Shown: in pieces, positions 54,549 to 63,115 of the stretch
Position numbering within the stretch: position 1 is the stretch's first letter
Layout of the letters: each line of letters begins with the position of its first letter
Assembly (NCBI RefSeq): GCF_003019035.1
Contig: NZ_CP027447.1
DNA: 64,000 bases
Strand: one strand, 5' to 3'
From: Escherichia coli
Lineage (GTDB): Bacteria > Pseudomonadota > Gammaproteobacteria > Enterobacterales > Enterobacteriaceae
Made by a program: the position numbers and the translations under genes
Notes under the pieces: generated by a model
Databases searched by the model: none
Seen by the model: only the letters and a program-made list of their open reading frames with translations
What the model was told of the DNA's origin: nothing

Positions 54549-54947
54549 TTATCTGGATTTGTTAACGTCTCTCGTCTCTTCTGGCAGATCTTCATCAAAC
54601 AACCTGCCCTGCATCCGATCCAGTTCTTCTTTTCTGACCCGCTTAACCACGCTGTAGACCCACTGAAGCGAAACACCAAACTTGCGGGCCAGTTCATGGT
54701 GGTTGCGTCCGTTAAACTCCCGGAAGATTTCCCGGTCGCGCTGACTGACCTTCCATACCATGCCCATCGGGAAATAAACGTTTTGCCCGCCCCAGACCTG
54801 CATCATGCGGTTCGCGACGGCCTGACCAATCTGGTCGGCAATTGCGGGCTCAATATCAATAATCTCGCGAACGGTCTCAGAGGTATGCTGTGCCAGTTCC
54901 ACCAGGAGTTCCGGCCCTTTACTTCGAAACTGATTCAGGTCGCTCAT
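54549..54947 (-). CDS. mor: Mor-family middle-operon transcription activator
   Basis: 132-aa ORF; C-terminal HTH (HHELARKFGVSLQWVYSVV) and position after GemA as in Mu; family assigned from memory. Confidence 0.75.
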   Translation of the reverse strand: MSDLNQFRSKGPELLVELAQHTSETVREIIDIEPAIADQIGQAVANRMMQVWGGQNVYFPMGMVWKVSQRDREIFREFNGRNHHELARKFGVSLQWVYSVVKRVRKEELDRMQGRLFDEDLPEETRDVNKSR

Positions 54948-55371
54948 GTTTTACTCCCGCAGCTCTGCGCTGCCACTTCTTCAGTTTCTCAATAACACTG
55001 CTTGCCTGTTCTGTATTGAGCCAGCGCAGGGCGCTGATGCCCGTTTCCCGCTTGATCCACCGCGCTAATGCATTTTCTGAACGGTCACGAACAATGCCGG
55101 CAGCAGCCATTTCAAGCCATAGCGCACGGATTTTCCTGGACTGCGGATGGTTATCCAGCGGTAAACCGGAGCTGGCTTTTCCGGCAGGCTTAACGCGAAA
55201 GCCTTTCCTTTTCATGGATTCCAGCACGCAGTTTAGTTGTGTGGTATCCATTCCTTTGGTTGAGGCTTTACCGGTCAGCCCCTGTAACATCTGGCGGTAG
55301 GTGTCTTCATCCATACCCAGTTCATTACGGGCAATATGAATGAGCTGGATAAGACGTTGTTTAGTCATCAT
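54919..55371 (-). CDS. gemA: GemA (Mu gp16)-like protein
   Basis: ORF 54919..55410; likely start at MMTKQRLIQLIHIARNELGMDEDTYRQ; resembles the Mu GemA/DUF1018 family by recall; overlaps mor start. Confidence 0.65.
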   Translation of the reverse strand: MMTKQRLIQLIHIARNELGMDEDTYRQMLQGLTGKASTKGMDTTQLNCVLESMKRKGFRVKPAGKASSGLPLDNHPQSRKIRALWLEMAAAGIVRDRSENALARWIKRETGISALRWLNTEQASSVIEKLKKWQRRAAGVKHERPESVSK

Positions 55372-55576
55372 CGTTGCTCCTTTTACCTGCGCCACCGATA
55401 TAATCGACATATAAAGGAAGCGCCACAGGCCAGCACAGGAACATCACCGACCAGCTAATCCAGTAGCCGGCACCACTGTAACGTGAATAAAACCCTGAAC
55501 GGCGGTGCAGTTCAGCAGTACACCAACCGACAAAACAATACCAGAACAGGGCACATACAACAGATTCAGCCGTCAT
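55361..55576 (-). CDS. hypothetical small membrane protein
   Basis: ORF 55361..55732; plausible start at internal MTAESVVCALFWYCFVGW; two hydrophobic segments; start uncertain. Confidence 0.35.
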   Translation of the reverse strand: MTAESVVCALFWYCFVGWCTAELHRRSGFYSRYSGAGYWISWSVMFLCWPVALPLYVDYIGGAGKRSNDDD

Positions 55577-55796
55577 TCTGAATATCCCCCCAACTGATAT
55601 GAATATTACGGGCAGCAATGACAGGGTCGTTATCCCACCATGCACCTGACATGTATTTTTCAACCTGTTCGCGTCCGGCAATAACACCAATTGTGATCCC
55701 CGGCCTGACGTTCTTAAAAAAGGCGCGGGCAAAAAGGTATCTGGCAGATATTCGGCAGGCTTTTAATTTCCGGCTGTTACCTGATAGCGTAATCAT
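55566..55796 (-). CDS. hypothetical protein (76 aa), translationally coupled to the upstream gene
   Basis: ATG overlaps the stop of the upstream 227-aa gene (ATGA arrangement). Confidence 0.4.
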   Translation of the reverse strand: MITLSGNSRKLKACRISARYLFARAFFKNVRPGITIGVIAGREQVEKYMSGAWWDNDPVIAARNIHISWGDIQNDG

Positions 55797-56476
55797 CTGG
55801 CCTCCAGTTTCTGTTGTTCCTGCCCACTGACCGGGCGGTGCAGTCTGACGTTCTGCCCTTCACGAAACCCCGCATAGCGCGAGGCGTCACCATTGCGGCT
55901 TCTTCCCGGTTTACGCGCCCTGGTGGTTTGCGTTTGCGGGTATTTATGTTCCAGCCACTGCTGCATCAGTTCACGTTCGTCATCAGTCAGGGCGAAGGAC
56001 TGTATTTCACTGATAACGGCCAGCACCCAGCCTTCAGCAAACTGGTCTCCACGGCTGGTGCGGGTGGCGGTTTTTATTCTTTTGTTCTGTGTGCTGATAT
56101 ACTGCTGACGCGCCTTTTTCAGCTGGCGGGCCAGCACTTCCCAAGTGTACGCAGCCAGTGCGGCCCGTTCCCGGTTGCCGTAGAATCCCACACCCGGATA
56201 TGTGCCGGGGTGAATGATGGAGTTAACACCAAATGCCTCGCGGATGATGTTCATCAGGCCCAACATATAGCGCGGTGGACGGAGGCTGCCTGTCGGCCAG
56301 TAGTGGCTGATGGTTTCATCAATATCACTCATGGCAATGTCGGAATGTGTGATGCCGTGAACATCCATCAGTTTACGGGCACGGCGCAGTGCCAGAGCGG
56401 CCTCGTGCGGGTTGCCGGATGCAGCCAGCGCCAGCAGTTTTTTCAGTTTCTCAATGTGTTTATCCAGGTCTGTCAT
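55793..56476 (-). CDS. conserved phage protein (DUF2786-like N-terminus)
   Basis: 227-aa ORF; N-terminus KLKKLLALAASGNPHEAALALRRARKLM resembles the DUF2786 signature as I recall it; 4-bp overlap with the upstream gene. Confidence 0.5.
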   Translation of the reverse strand: MTDLDKHIEKLKKLLALAASGNPHEAALALRRARKLMDVHGITHSDIAMSDIDETISHYWPTGSLRPPRYMLGLMNIIREAFGVNSIIHPGTYPGVGFYGNRERAALAAYTWEVLARQLKKARQQYISTQNKRIKTATRTSRGDQFAEGWVLAVISEIQSFALTDDERELMQQWLEHKYPQTQTTRARKPGRSRNGDASRYAGFREGQNVRLHRPVSGQEQQKLEAR

Positions 56477-56778
56477 TGTTCGGTATCTCCGGTGTACATG
56501 ACGCCCAGCCGTGCGGCAAGGCGTTCCAGTTTTTTCTGTTTGTGGAAGTCAATCAGCCGGCCCATCCCCTGAAGACGCAACTGCTCTGTCATGATTTCCA
56601 CGTCTGCCAGCTCTGCCGCGAGGTCACTTTCGCTGCCCTGTCCGTTCAGGTTGCGGGCAGCACTGGCCGCCAGTTCGGCGGCCTCTTCTGTCAGTTTCAG
56701 GGCCTGTGCATCCGGCCCGAAACGCTGCAGAGCCAGACGATAGAGGGCAGTGCGTGTGAGTATGGTGTTCCGTGTCAT
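56473..56778 (-). CDS. hypothetical phage protein (101 aa)
   Basis: ORF in the tightly packed early operon, same strand. Confidence 0.45.
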   Translation of the reverse strand: MTRNTILTRTALYRLALQRFGPDAQALKLTEEAAELAASAARNLNGQGSESDLAAELADVEIMTEQLRLQGMGRLIDFHKQKKLERLAARLGVMYTGDTEQ

Positions 56779-56787
56779 GCCGCGCCC

Positions 56788-57060
56788 TCAGTGCTTCCGG
56801 TCGACGGTGATGTGCAGGCCGCCTTCTGCAGTGGTTTCCATCCGGTACGGCACCTCATGCTCTGCCGTGTGGGTGAGTGTGTTCACCAGTACCTGCAGGG
56901 CAGCCTCCTTTCCGTTGGTCGTCACAATGGCCTGAGCGGCCATGCTGATTAGCGCTGTCAGGACGTGCTTCACATCGGTGAGGTCGCGGCATTCACACTC
57001 GTTGACATAGTGTTCAACAAGGGTTCGGGTGCGCTGTCGTGCTTCCTGTGGGGTAATCAT
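56788..57060 (-). CDS. hypothetical phage protein (90 aa)
   Basis: ORF in the early operon; 4-bp overlap with the upstream zinc-ribbon ORF. Confidence 0.45.
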   Translation of the reverse strand: MITPQEARQRTRTLVEHYVNECECRDLTDVKHVLTALISMAAQAIVTTNGKEAALQVLVNTLTHTAEHEVPYRMETTAEGGLHITVDRKH

Positions 57061-57251
57061 TGCGAGTCCTCCCTGTCAGGGCGGGAGAATTCCATGACGG
57101 GCACGTCCGCTGAAAAATGTTGGCTGCAGTACGGACAGACCAGGGTGACGCGCACTGCAGGTACGTGGTACTTACCGGACATCACGGCGATGGCGCTGTG
57201 AAAACGCAGGGCTGTTATATCCCTCTCGCACTGAATACATTTAAATATCAT
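57057..57251 (-). CDS. small zinc-ribbon protein (64 aa)
   Basis: Two Cys pairs, CIQC and CPYC, about 40 residues apart. Confidence 0.45.
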   Translation of the reverse strand: MIFKCIQCERDITALRFHSAIAVMSGKYHVPAVRVTLVCPYCSQHFSADVPVMEFSRPDREDSQ

Positions 57252-57348
57252 GATTTAATTCTCCTCTGTTTCCGGCGTGCAGAAGCCCACGGCGCTGACG
57301 CCGGAATAAAAAAGAAAATGTTTTTATTAAATAATTAACGTGGTGTGT

Positions 57349-57879
57349 TTACTGCACATCCTGCTCAAAAGGAATTATTGAAAAATCCTCAATATCACTT
57401 TTTATGGTAATACCGGGAATATTTTTCACGGCCTCTTTTTCATTCAGAATGGCATCTTTATTTATTTCCTCTTTTACACGAATAAAGCGCTCAAGCCCCA
57501 GACGTCTCAGTAGTTCAATAACATTATCCGCTCCACGGATACTGACTGATGGCGGACGGTTTCGCCACTGCACCTCGCCGGTGGTGAGGTTAGCGAACTT
57601 CACCTTCCCGTTGCCGGTCAGTTCATCACGGTGTGCCTCACACCATGTCTGAATACCGGACTGCAGTTCGGCCATGCGTTTTTTCAGGCTCTCGGTGAGC
57701 GGGGCATAACGTGCGGTGATATCGCCAATGGCGTCATTCATTTCTGTTTCAGCCCTGACCAGTTCACGTTGTGCGTCACCGAGCAGTCTGATTCCCTCAA
57801 TGACCTCTTCGCGTGTCCCCGGTACCCAGAGTGCCGCTGCGGACTTGATACGTTTTGCCCCTTTTGTACTTTTTGCCAT
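57349..57879 (-). CDS. gam: Gam-like host-nuclease inhibitor (Mu Gam family, DNA-end binding)
   Basis: 176 aa; strong similarity to Mu Gam as I recall it (...KRIKSAAA...ETEMNDAI...WCEA.RDELT..GKVK.ANL.TG.V.WR.RPPSVSIRG...RLGL.RFIR.K.EINK.AIL...GITVKS.IEDFSIIPFEQ). Confidence 0.8.
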   Translation of the reverse strand: MAKSTKGAKRIKSAAALWVPGTREEVIEGIRLLGDAQRELVRAETEMNDAIGDITARYAPLTESLKKRMAELQSGIQTWCEAHRDELTGNGKVKFANLTTGEVQWRNRPPSVSIRGADNVIELLRRLGLERFIRVKEEINKDAILNEKEAVKNIPGITIKSDIEDFSIIPFEQDVQ

Positions 57880-57906
57880 ATCTTATGATTTCTCCGGTTG
57901 TGCTGA

Positions 57907-58176
57907 TTACCACAAAGATTCCGGCCACACGACGCGACAGCCGTGCAGTTCGAAAACGCCCTGACGGAAATATCCCCTGTGGTCATGTCCGGTATACAGA
58001 TAACAGGCCTTTCCCTGCTCAAGCATGCGCATGCAATGCGCACTTCGGGAAACGCGGATGACAGGTTTGTTACCCCTGATGGTGATGCTTTGTACATCCG
58101 TGTTCGTCGCCTTAAGCGCCATAATGGCTGACTGCACTTTGCTGATTTGCTGGTTGATACCTGTGGTGGATTTCAT
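57907..58176 (-). CDS. hypothetical phage protein (89 aa)
   Basis: ORF between the partner ATPase gene and gam. Confidence 0.45.
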   Translation of the reverse strand: MKSTTGINQQISKVQSAIMALKATNTDVQSITIRGNKPVIRVSRSAHCMRMLEQGKACYLYTGHDHRGYFRQGVFELHGCRVVWPESLW

Positions 58177-58178
58177 TA

Positions 58179-59372
58179 TTAAACCCCTTTGACAACGTCA
58201 GCGTTGACCTGTGGAACCCCGATTTCAGCGGCCAGATTCATGGCGGCTATCACCAGGTTACTGACGGCCAGCGGATACAACAGGCTGACCATATTTTTAC
58301 GATGACTTCCCGGATTGCTCAGGCGGGCACGTATGGCATCCACTGCACTGGCGTCCATAATGTCCGTCAGTTGTTTACCTGCCCGTTGCAGTTTGAACGT
58401 CAGAAACTCTTCAAGGTTATTGTCCAGAGGCAGAAGTTCGACCACCTCACAGCGCTGAACGACTTCACGGACTTCCATATTGCGTTCAGACAGTTTTGTC
58501 GCCAGTTCCGGCTGGCCAATCAGCACGATGGACAGCAGTTTTTTGAAACCGGACTCCAGCTCAAAAAAGCGTTTGAGGTGTTTCAGTGTCGGAATGGGCA
58601 GACTGTGGGCCTCCTCAATCACCAGAACGTGGCTGAACCCCGCCTGGCTGCTGTCTTTCAGGACGCGATGCAACTGGCGAAAGCGGGCGTCCTGACTGCG
58701 TCTGATGCTTTCCAGTGGTGCGATGGTACTGATAATGGCTTCGGCAATAGCTGCTGCCTTCAGGGTTTTCCCTTTCACATCGTTGTCTTCCATAGCGATG
58801 ATGTATGGCTCGATAACAATTACCGGCGCATTCTCGCGGTTGATACGTTCAGTCAGGTCGCGGCGCAGCGTGGATTTACCCGCACCGGACTCACCGATGA
58901 CGGCCATAAACCCACCATGACGGGCTGTCTGGTACAACGCCTCACGCACGTAGCGAATGTCCGGGGTGGTGAACACATCATCAGAACCCTGCATGGCTTC
59001 GTCGGCGAACGGGTCACGGAAAAGACCAAACGCTTTTTTGGTTGCTGGAAATAACACCTGTTTTTTGAGTAACATATTCTCTTCCTCACTGAGGCTCGTT
59101 TTATCTGTGGTACCCGCTGTACGGGGCGTGGCCGCGCCCTGTACAGCATCAAAACTCTTCGCTGTATCAATCCCCTGACTTTCCAGCCAGGACGCAAGAC
59201 GCCGGCGCACTTCTCCGGGGCTGGTGCGGGGCCACGCGTTATGATTCACAATCTGGGCCAGCGTGGCCTCAGAAACATCGACAGCTCTCGCCACCACCGC
59301 CTGTGGAATACGGGCCTCTTTCAGTTGCTGCTTCAGTACCAGCATGTTTCCCTCCTCAGTTGCCGTTAACAA
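58179..59372 (-). CDS. transposition ATPase (MuB/TniB-like AAA+ target-DNA activator)
   Basis: 397 aa; Walker A GESGAGKST; immediately downstream of and overlapping the transposase gene. Confidence 0.75.
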   Translation of the reverse strand: MLTATEEGNMLVLKQQLKEARIPQAVVARAVDVSEATLAQIVNHNAWPRTSPGEVRRRLASWLESQGIDTAKSFDAVQGAATPRTAGTTDKTSLSEEENMLLKKQVLFPATKKAFGLFRDPFADEAMQGSDDVFTTPDIRYVREALYQTARHGGFMAVIGESGAGKSTLRRDLTERINRENAPVIVIEPYIIAMEDNDVKGKTLKAAAIAEAIISTIAPLESIRRSQDARFRQLHRVLKDSSQAGFSHVLVIEEAHSLPIPTLKHLKRFFELESGFKKLLSIVLIGQPELATKLSERNMEVREVVQRCEVVELLPLDNNLEEFLTFKLQRAGKQLTDIMDASAVDAIRARLSNPGSHRKNMVSLLYPLAVSNLVIAAMNLAAEIGVPQVNADVVKGV

Positions 59373-61125
59373 TGCTGATAACGCTGCTGCGGGCCGGCGT
59401 GGTCAGCGTGGCCATGACTTCATCCAGTGCGGCTTCCGGTACGCCGTCCGGGTACTGTGCCGTTAACTGGCGGTAATGTTCCGGCGTCCAGGTAAGGCCG
59501 TCGGCGCTGAACTTATCGCGCAGGGCTTTCGCGGCCTCCACATGAGTCATGGGACGTTGTTCAGTGCGCGGTCTGCGTACATCAGAGGCCTGACCGCGCT
59601 TCGGTATACAGGCCGGAAGTGTGGCGTCATCAATATGTTTATACGGGTCAAGCCGCCCGCCGAACGGCAGCGCCTTCGCCTTGCGTGCGGCAGCTGCATC
59701 TGCGGCGTTGTCTGTACCGGTGACCAGCGCTTCGGTTTCTTTTGCCGCCGTCTGTGCCGGTGTTTCCGGCAGGGCTTTGTAACTTTCGCCAAATACCGCC
59801 GCGCCTTCAGCAAAGCCAAACTCGTTCTTTCTGACCTCTTCGACCAGGAAGAACGTCTCGTGGCCGTCCTCACCGGTCAGAACCACCTGTGCCACATCGC
59901 TGCGCCATGGGTTACGGGTAATCATCAGTTTTTCACCAACCAGTACGCCCGGTACCGTTGATACGTCAAATTCAGTGCCCCGGAACGAGACACGAAGTTT
60001 TGGCGTGACTTTGCGGAGTTCTGGTGTCGTCACAGCCAGTTCACGGCATACCTCAACGGAAGGCGCTTTTTTCAGCTGCTCAGCAGTAATCTTCAGCCAG
60101 ATATCCGTGCGGGTTTTACCGTGGCGGCTGTGAACAGCTGTTGCGTTAAAGTGGCTACGCCATTTCGCGGCCAGCGCGTTGAGTTCTTCCAGACTGTGAA
60201 CCGGCCGGAACTTCAGACCCGGCTCCAGCTTGCGTTCGATAATGTCACGCGCCTTTTCCACCTGTCCGGTGGCGCGGGCGTTATGCGGCTTGTGCGCTAT
60301 CAGGTCGATGCCCAGTGAGCGGCACATGTTTTTCGTCATACCCGCGGTGTTTGCCGAGCCGGGGTCGAGATAGAGTATTTTCGGCACGCCGTGCAGCACG
60401 TCTGCGCCGCCACGCTCCTGCATGGCGTTGATAAGCACAGAACACAGGTTCTCACCGGATTCCGCACCCGTCACATACTCAACGTAAATCCAGCCGCTGG
60501 CATGGTCGGTAATCTCGTAACTCCACACGCGGTCACTGGCGATACGGGCAAGGTTAGCGGGCTTGTTCTTGTAGAACTTCGCGCTGTCCATCACCTGCAG
60601 CCCTTTGTGTCCATTGCTCAGGTAGTAAAGCGTGCAGAGAGAGGCATCAATCTGCCAGACATGATTGGGATGCAGACTGGCCACTTCGGTATGCGGCGCA
60701 GGGGCATCCAGTTGTTCCGGGTGCAGGCCATAGTTACGCAGGGCACGGCTGATAGCATCTTCGGACAACGGGAAAAACTCACCGGTGGTTTCATCTGTTC
60801 TGCCTGCGGAGATAAAGCCGTTAGCCCGCAGGGTTTCCACTGCATCTGCGATGGAATAGAGACGCTTACCGTTCTTGCGGGTGGCCTCACGTAGTGTGGC
60901 AGATATCAGCGCGGCTTCGTCGCGGGTCAGGGCGCTGCGCCCGGCATCGGCGCGTTTTTTGCGTTTATCAGTCACAGAGACCTCCTTCAGCCTGCGCAGC
61001 AGAGTGGCGCGGGACATGCCAAGTTCAGCACAGGCGGCGTCATATATTGCACCACGTTTACCATGCCCCGCGTCACGTGCCGCGCGGGCGACATAAACCA
61101 GTCGTTCAGTCAGGGCAGCATTCAT
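59356..61125 (-). CDS. DDE transposase (Mu A-like, rve/integrase-core type)
   Basis: 589 aa; N-terminal HTH region, central DDE-type core (HVWQIDASL..., LYLDPGSANTAG..., distal E), C-terminal extension; paired with the AAA+ ATPase gene. Confidence 0.8.
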   Translation of the reverse strand: MNAALTERLVYVARAARDAGHGKRGAIYDAACAELGMSRATLLRRLKEVSVTDKRKKRADAGRSALTRDEAALISATLREATRKNGKRLYSIADAVETLRANGFISAGRTDETTGEFFPLSEDAISRALRNYGLHPEQLDAPAPHTEVASLHPNHVWQIDASLCTLYYLSNGHKGLQVMDSAKFYKNKPANLARIASDRVWSYEITDHASGWIYVEYVTGAESGENLCSVLINAMQERGGADVLHGVPKILYLDPGSANTAGMTKNMCRSLGIDLIAHKPHNARATGQVEKARDIIERKLEPGLKFRPVHSLEELNALAAKWRSHFNATAVHSRHGKTRTDIWLKITAEQLKKAPSVEVCRELAVTTPELRKVTPKLRVSFRGTEFDVSTVPGVLVGEKLMITRNPWRSDVAQVVLTGEDGHETFFLVEEVRKNEFGFAEGAAVFGESYKALPETPAQTAAKETEALVTGTDNAADAAAARKAKALPFGGRLDPYKHIDDATLPACIPKRGQASDVRRPRTEQRPMTHVEAAKALRDKFSADGLTWTPEHYRQLTAQYPDGVPEAALDEVMATLTTPARSSVISIVNGN

Positions 61126-61128
61126 TGG

Positions 61129-62043
61129 TTATGCCTCCAGCCCGTTAATCTGTGGCGTCGGCTCAGTCAGCCATGAAGGCGCGACATCGCCTGTTGGCTC
61201 GTCCGGCAGGTCAAATGTGGAGCGCAGGCTACGCGCTGTGCTTTCCAGTTGACAGACCAGGCCTGCCATGAAGTCTCTGGGGGTATCAATCATGTTTTCA
61301 GCACAATATGCGCACAGCGTCTCAAAAGCGCTGGACAGTCGAACGGCGATAGCAGATTCCGCCTCAACCGCTAATGCTGTCACTTCCGCCCGCAGCTTCT
61401 TAACCTCTTCATCAGGCTCAGGCGGCTGAATACGGGATTTCTTCTCCAGTTTTGTGGAAAGCGAGTCGATTTTTTCGTTTTTGTCGGCCAGCACGCGCTG
61501 TTGTGCTGCGTTGGTTTCGCGGGCTTCGCGCAGGGCCTGACGCAATTCACGTACTGACATGCGATCAACGTCGTCAAGCGTCAGGCCGGCAACTGTGCCG
61601 CCGTCGGCCAATTCATCAAGTTCTTCATTATCCAGAACCATCAGGTCGTACAGTTTGGCTTTCCCCAAAACGCTCAACGTTGAGCGTTTTGTTGGCTCAT
61701 CACCTTCTCCCAAAAACTTCATACTGGCTTGCATCATGCGGCGAGCAACTTGTGGTGCAAGTCCGAGTTCATTTTCTAAAATGTTTGTAAAATCACCGTG
61801 TGGCTCATTTTCTTTTAAGATGATCAGCCGTTTACCCGCTTCCAGCATAGATTCAGCACTCTGCGCCATATAAAAACGTGCTTCGTGAACAATGCGATCA
61901 CGTTCATAAGGCAGTCCATCACCAAACTGCTGCATAATTTCCATGCGATGCTGTGTCATAGCGTTCAAATTGACATTGATGTTATCTGACAGCGGAACCT
62001 CAACATTCAGTTCAGTGTTAACGGGTGATTTGGTGCGTCCCAT
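61129..62043 (-). CDS. hypothetical phage protein (304 aa), predicted coiled-coil-rich
   Basis: ORF immediately upstream of the transposase gene; charged heptad-like central region. Confidence 0.45.
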   Translation of the reverse strand: MGRTKSPVNTELNVEVPLSDNINVNLNAMTQHRMEIMQQFGDGLPYERDRIVHEARFYMAQSAESMLEAGKRLIILKENEPHGDFTNILENELGLAPQVARRMMQASMKFLGEGDEPTKRSTLSVLGKAKLYDLMVLDNEELDELADGGTVAGLTLDDVDRMSVRELRQALREARETNAAQQRVLADKNEKIDSLSTKLEKKSRIQPPEPDEEVKKLRAEVTALAVEAESAIAVRLSSAFETLCAYCAENMIDTPRDFMAGLVCQLESTARSLRSTFDLPDEPTGDVAPSWLTEPTPQINGLEA

Positions 62044-62053
62044 TGATTACTCC

Positions 62054-62362
62054 TTACAAACGACTACCTGAAATAACTCGTTGGTTGATTTCGTTAATAC
62101 GATCCTGTGCACGCGCCATCTCGTGACTGTGAGCCATGGCGATCTGTAGTAACTGGATTCCCGGTGCGAAACGTCCGTTCTCTAATTTCATGGCCAGTCC
62201 CTCTTCAATAAGGGTATTAAGTGCTCGATTGATATTCGCCGGGGACTCCCCCAGGGCTGATGCCAGTTCACCGTTAGAAACACCGTTCAGAGCATGACCG
62301 CGTAGAGCTTTGAGTACACGTAGGATGCGGCTCCCGGAACTGGAAATATTTACTTTACTCAT
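62054..62362 (-). CDS. small winged-HTH protein (IclR-like DNA-binding domain only)
   Basis: ORF 62054..62425; likely start at MSKVNISSSGSRILRVLKALRGH...; start uncertain. Confidence 0.45.
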   Translation of the reverse strand: MSKVNISSSGSRILRVLKALRGHALNGVSNGELASALGESPANINRALNTLIEEGLAMKLENGRFAPGIQLLQIAMAHSHEMARAQDRINEINQRVISGSRL

Positions 62363-62414
62363 GTCACATTTCCATTTTTGCAATATGTGATAACCTGTTG
62401 CATATGTGGAAAAT

Positions 62415-62603
62415 TTATGCCGCATTTGACGTGGGTTTTAATCCCAGTTTTACGGCAATTTCATGGGCTTTGCCGTAACGAGCTTTGGTCTGTCCATTGA
62501 GAACACGATAGACCTCATTGCGGCTGTAGCCGTGTTCTTCGGCCCAGCGGGTAAACGTGATACCACGCTGACGGAAGAGATTTTTAACTTGTTCGGAAGT
62601 CAT
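62415..62603 (-). CDS. ner: Ner-like DNA-binding protein (Mu Ner/Nlp family)
   Basis: 62 aa; aligns with the Ner/Nlp HTH pattern (G.t..rWaee.G.s...vyrvL.G....kG..IA..LG.kP); first gene of the early operon, divergent from the repressor. Confidence 0.65.
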   Translation of the reverse strand: MTSEQVKNLFRQRGITFTRWAEEHGYSRNEVYRVLNGQTKARYGKAHEIAVKLGLKPTSNAA

Positions 62604-62640
62604 TGTTGTCTCCTTTGTTGATGCAATGATGTTTGTTTTA

Positions 62641-62695
62641 TATGTGATAGATTATGTGAACTATTGTTCTCATTGTCAATGAGGTTTATGTGAAT
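62641..62695. promoter_or_regulatory. candidate operator repeats in the repressor/ner divergent intergenic
   Basis: TATGTGA occurs three times (62641, 62653, 62687), the last two as TTATGTGAA; the third contains the repressor GTG start. Confidence 0.35.
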
Positions 62696-63115
62696 TTTGA
62701 TTCTCTTTGCGCGTCGCGGTTCAAAGCTGAGCGTTCGCGGTTATCACTCAAGCAGGCTGAAGTAGCAGCCCTTTGTGGCGTTTCAAGAGAAATGTGGGGG
62801 AAATATGAACGAGGGGTTGCTGTTCCCGGAGGTGAGTTACTTGCAGCCTTTGCAAGAATTGGGGCCAATGTACAGTTCATTCTTACCGGGGAGTCATCAG
62901 GTATAACTTTATCACGTGATGAAATGGAGTTACTGCAGCACTACCGGCAAGCACCGTTACAGGTCAAAGGTTCAGTTTTGTCGGCTTTGACTACTGGCTC
63001 CTCCAGAGAACGGGCGGAACAGGTTATTCATGGAGATGTTCTGGGGAATGTTATCAAAGGTAACGTAACCATAGGAACAGGTGGAATAATGAACAAAAAT
63101 ACCAAGAGAAGATGA
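62690..63115 (+). CDS. XRE-family (Cro/C1-type HTH) phage repressor candidate
   Basis: 141 aa, GTG start; N-terminal HTH (LSLKQAEVAALCGVSREMWGKYERG); divergent from the ner-transposase operon. Confidence 0.7.
   Translation: MNFDSLCASRFKAERSRLSLKQAEVAALCGVSREMWGKYERGVAVPGGELLAAFARIGANVQFILTGESSGITLSRDEMELLQHYRQAPLQVKGSVLSALTTGSSRERAEQVIHGDVLGNVIKGNVTIGTGGIMNKNTKRR

Noticed and set aside
55814-56572. 252-aa plus-strand ORF inside the prophage
   Set aside because: Antisense to a chain of tightly coupled minus-strand early genes with overlapping stops and starts; no ribosome-binding site; Cys/His/Gln-rich composition typical of antisense frames.
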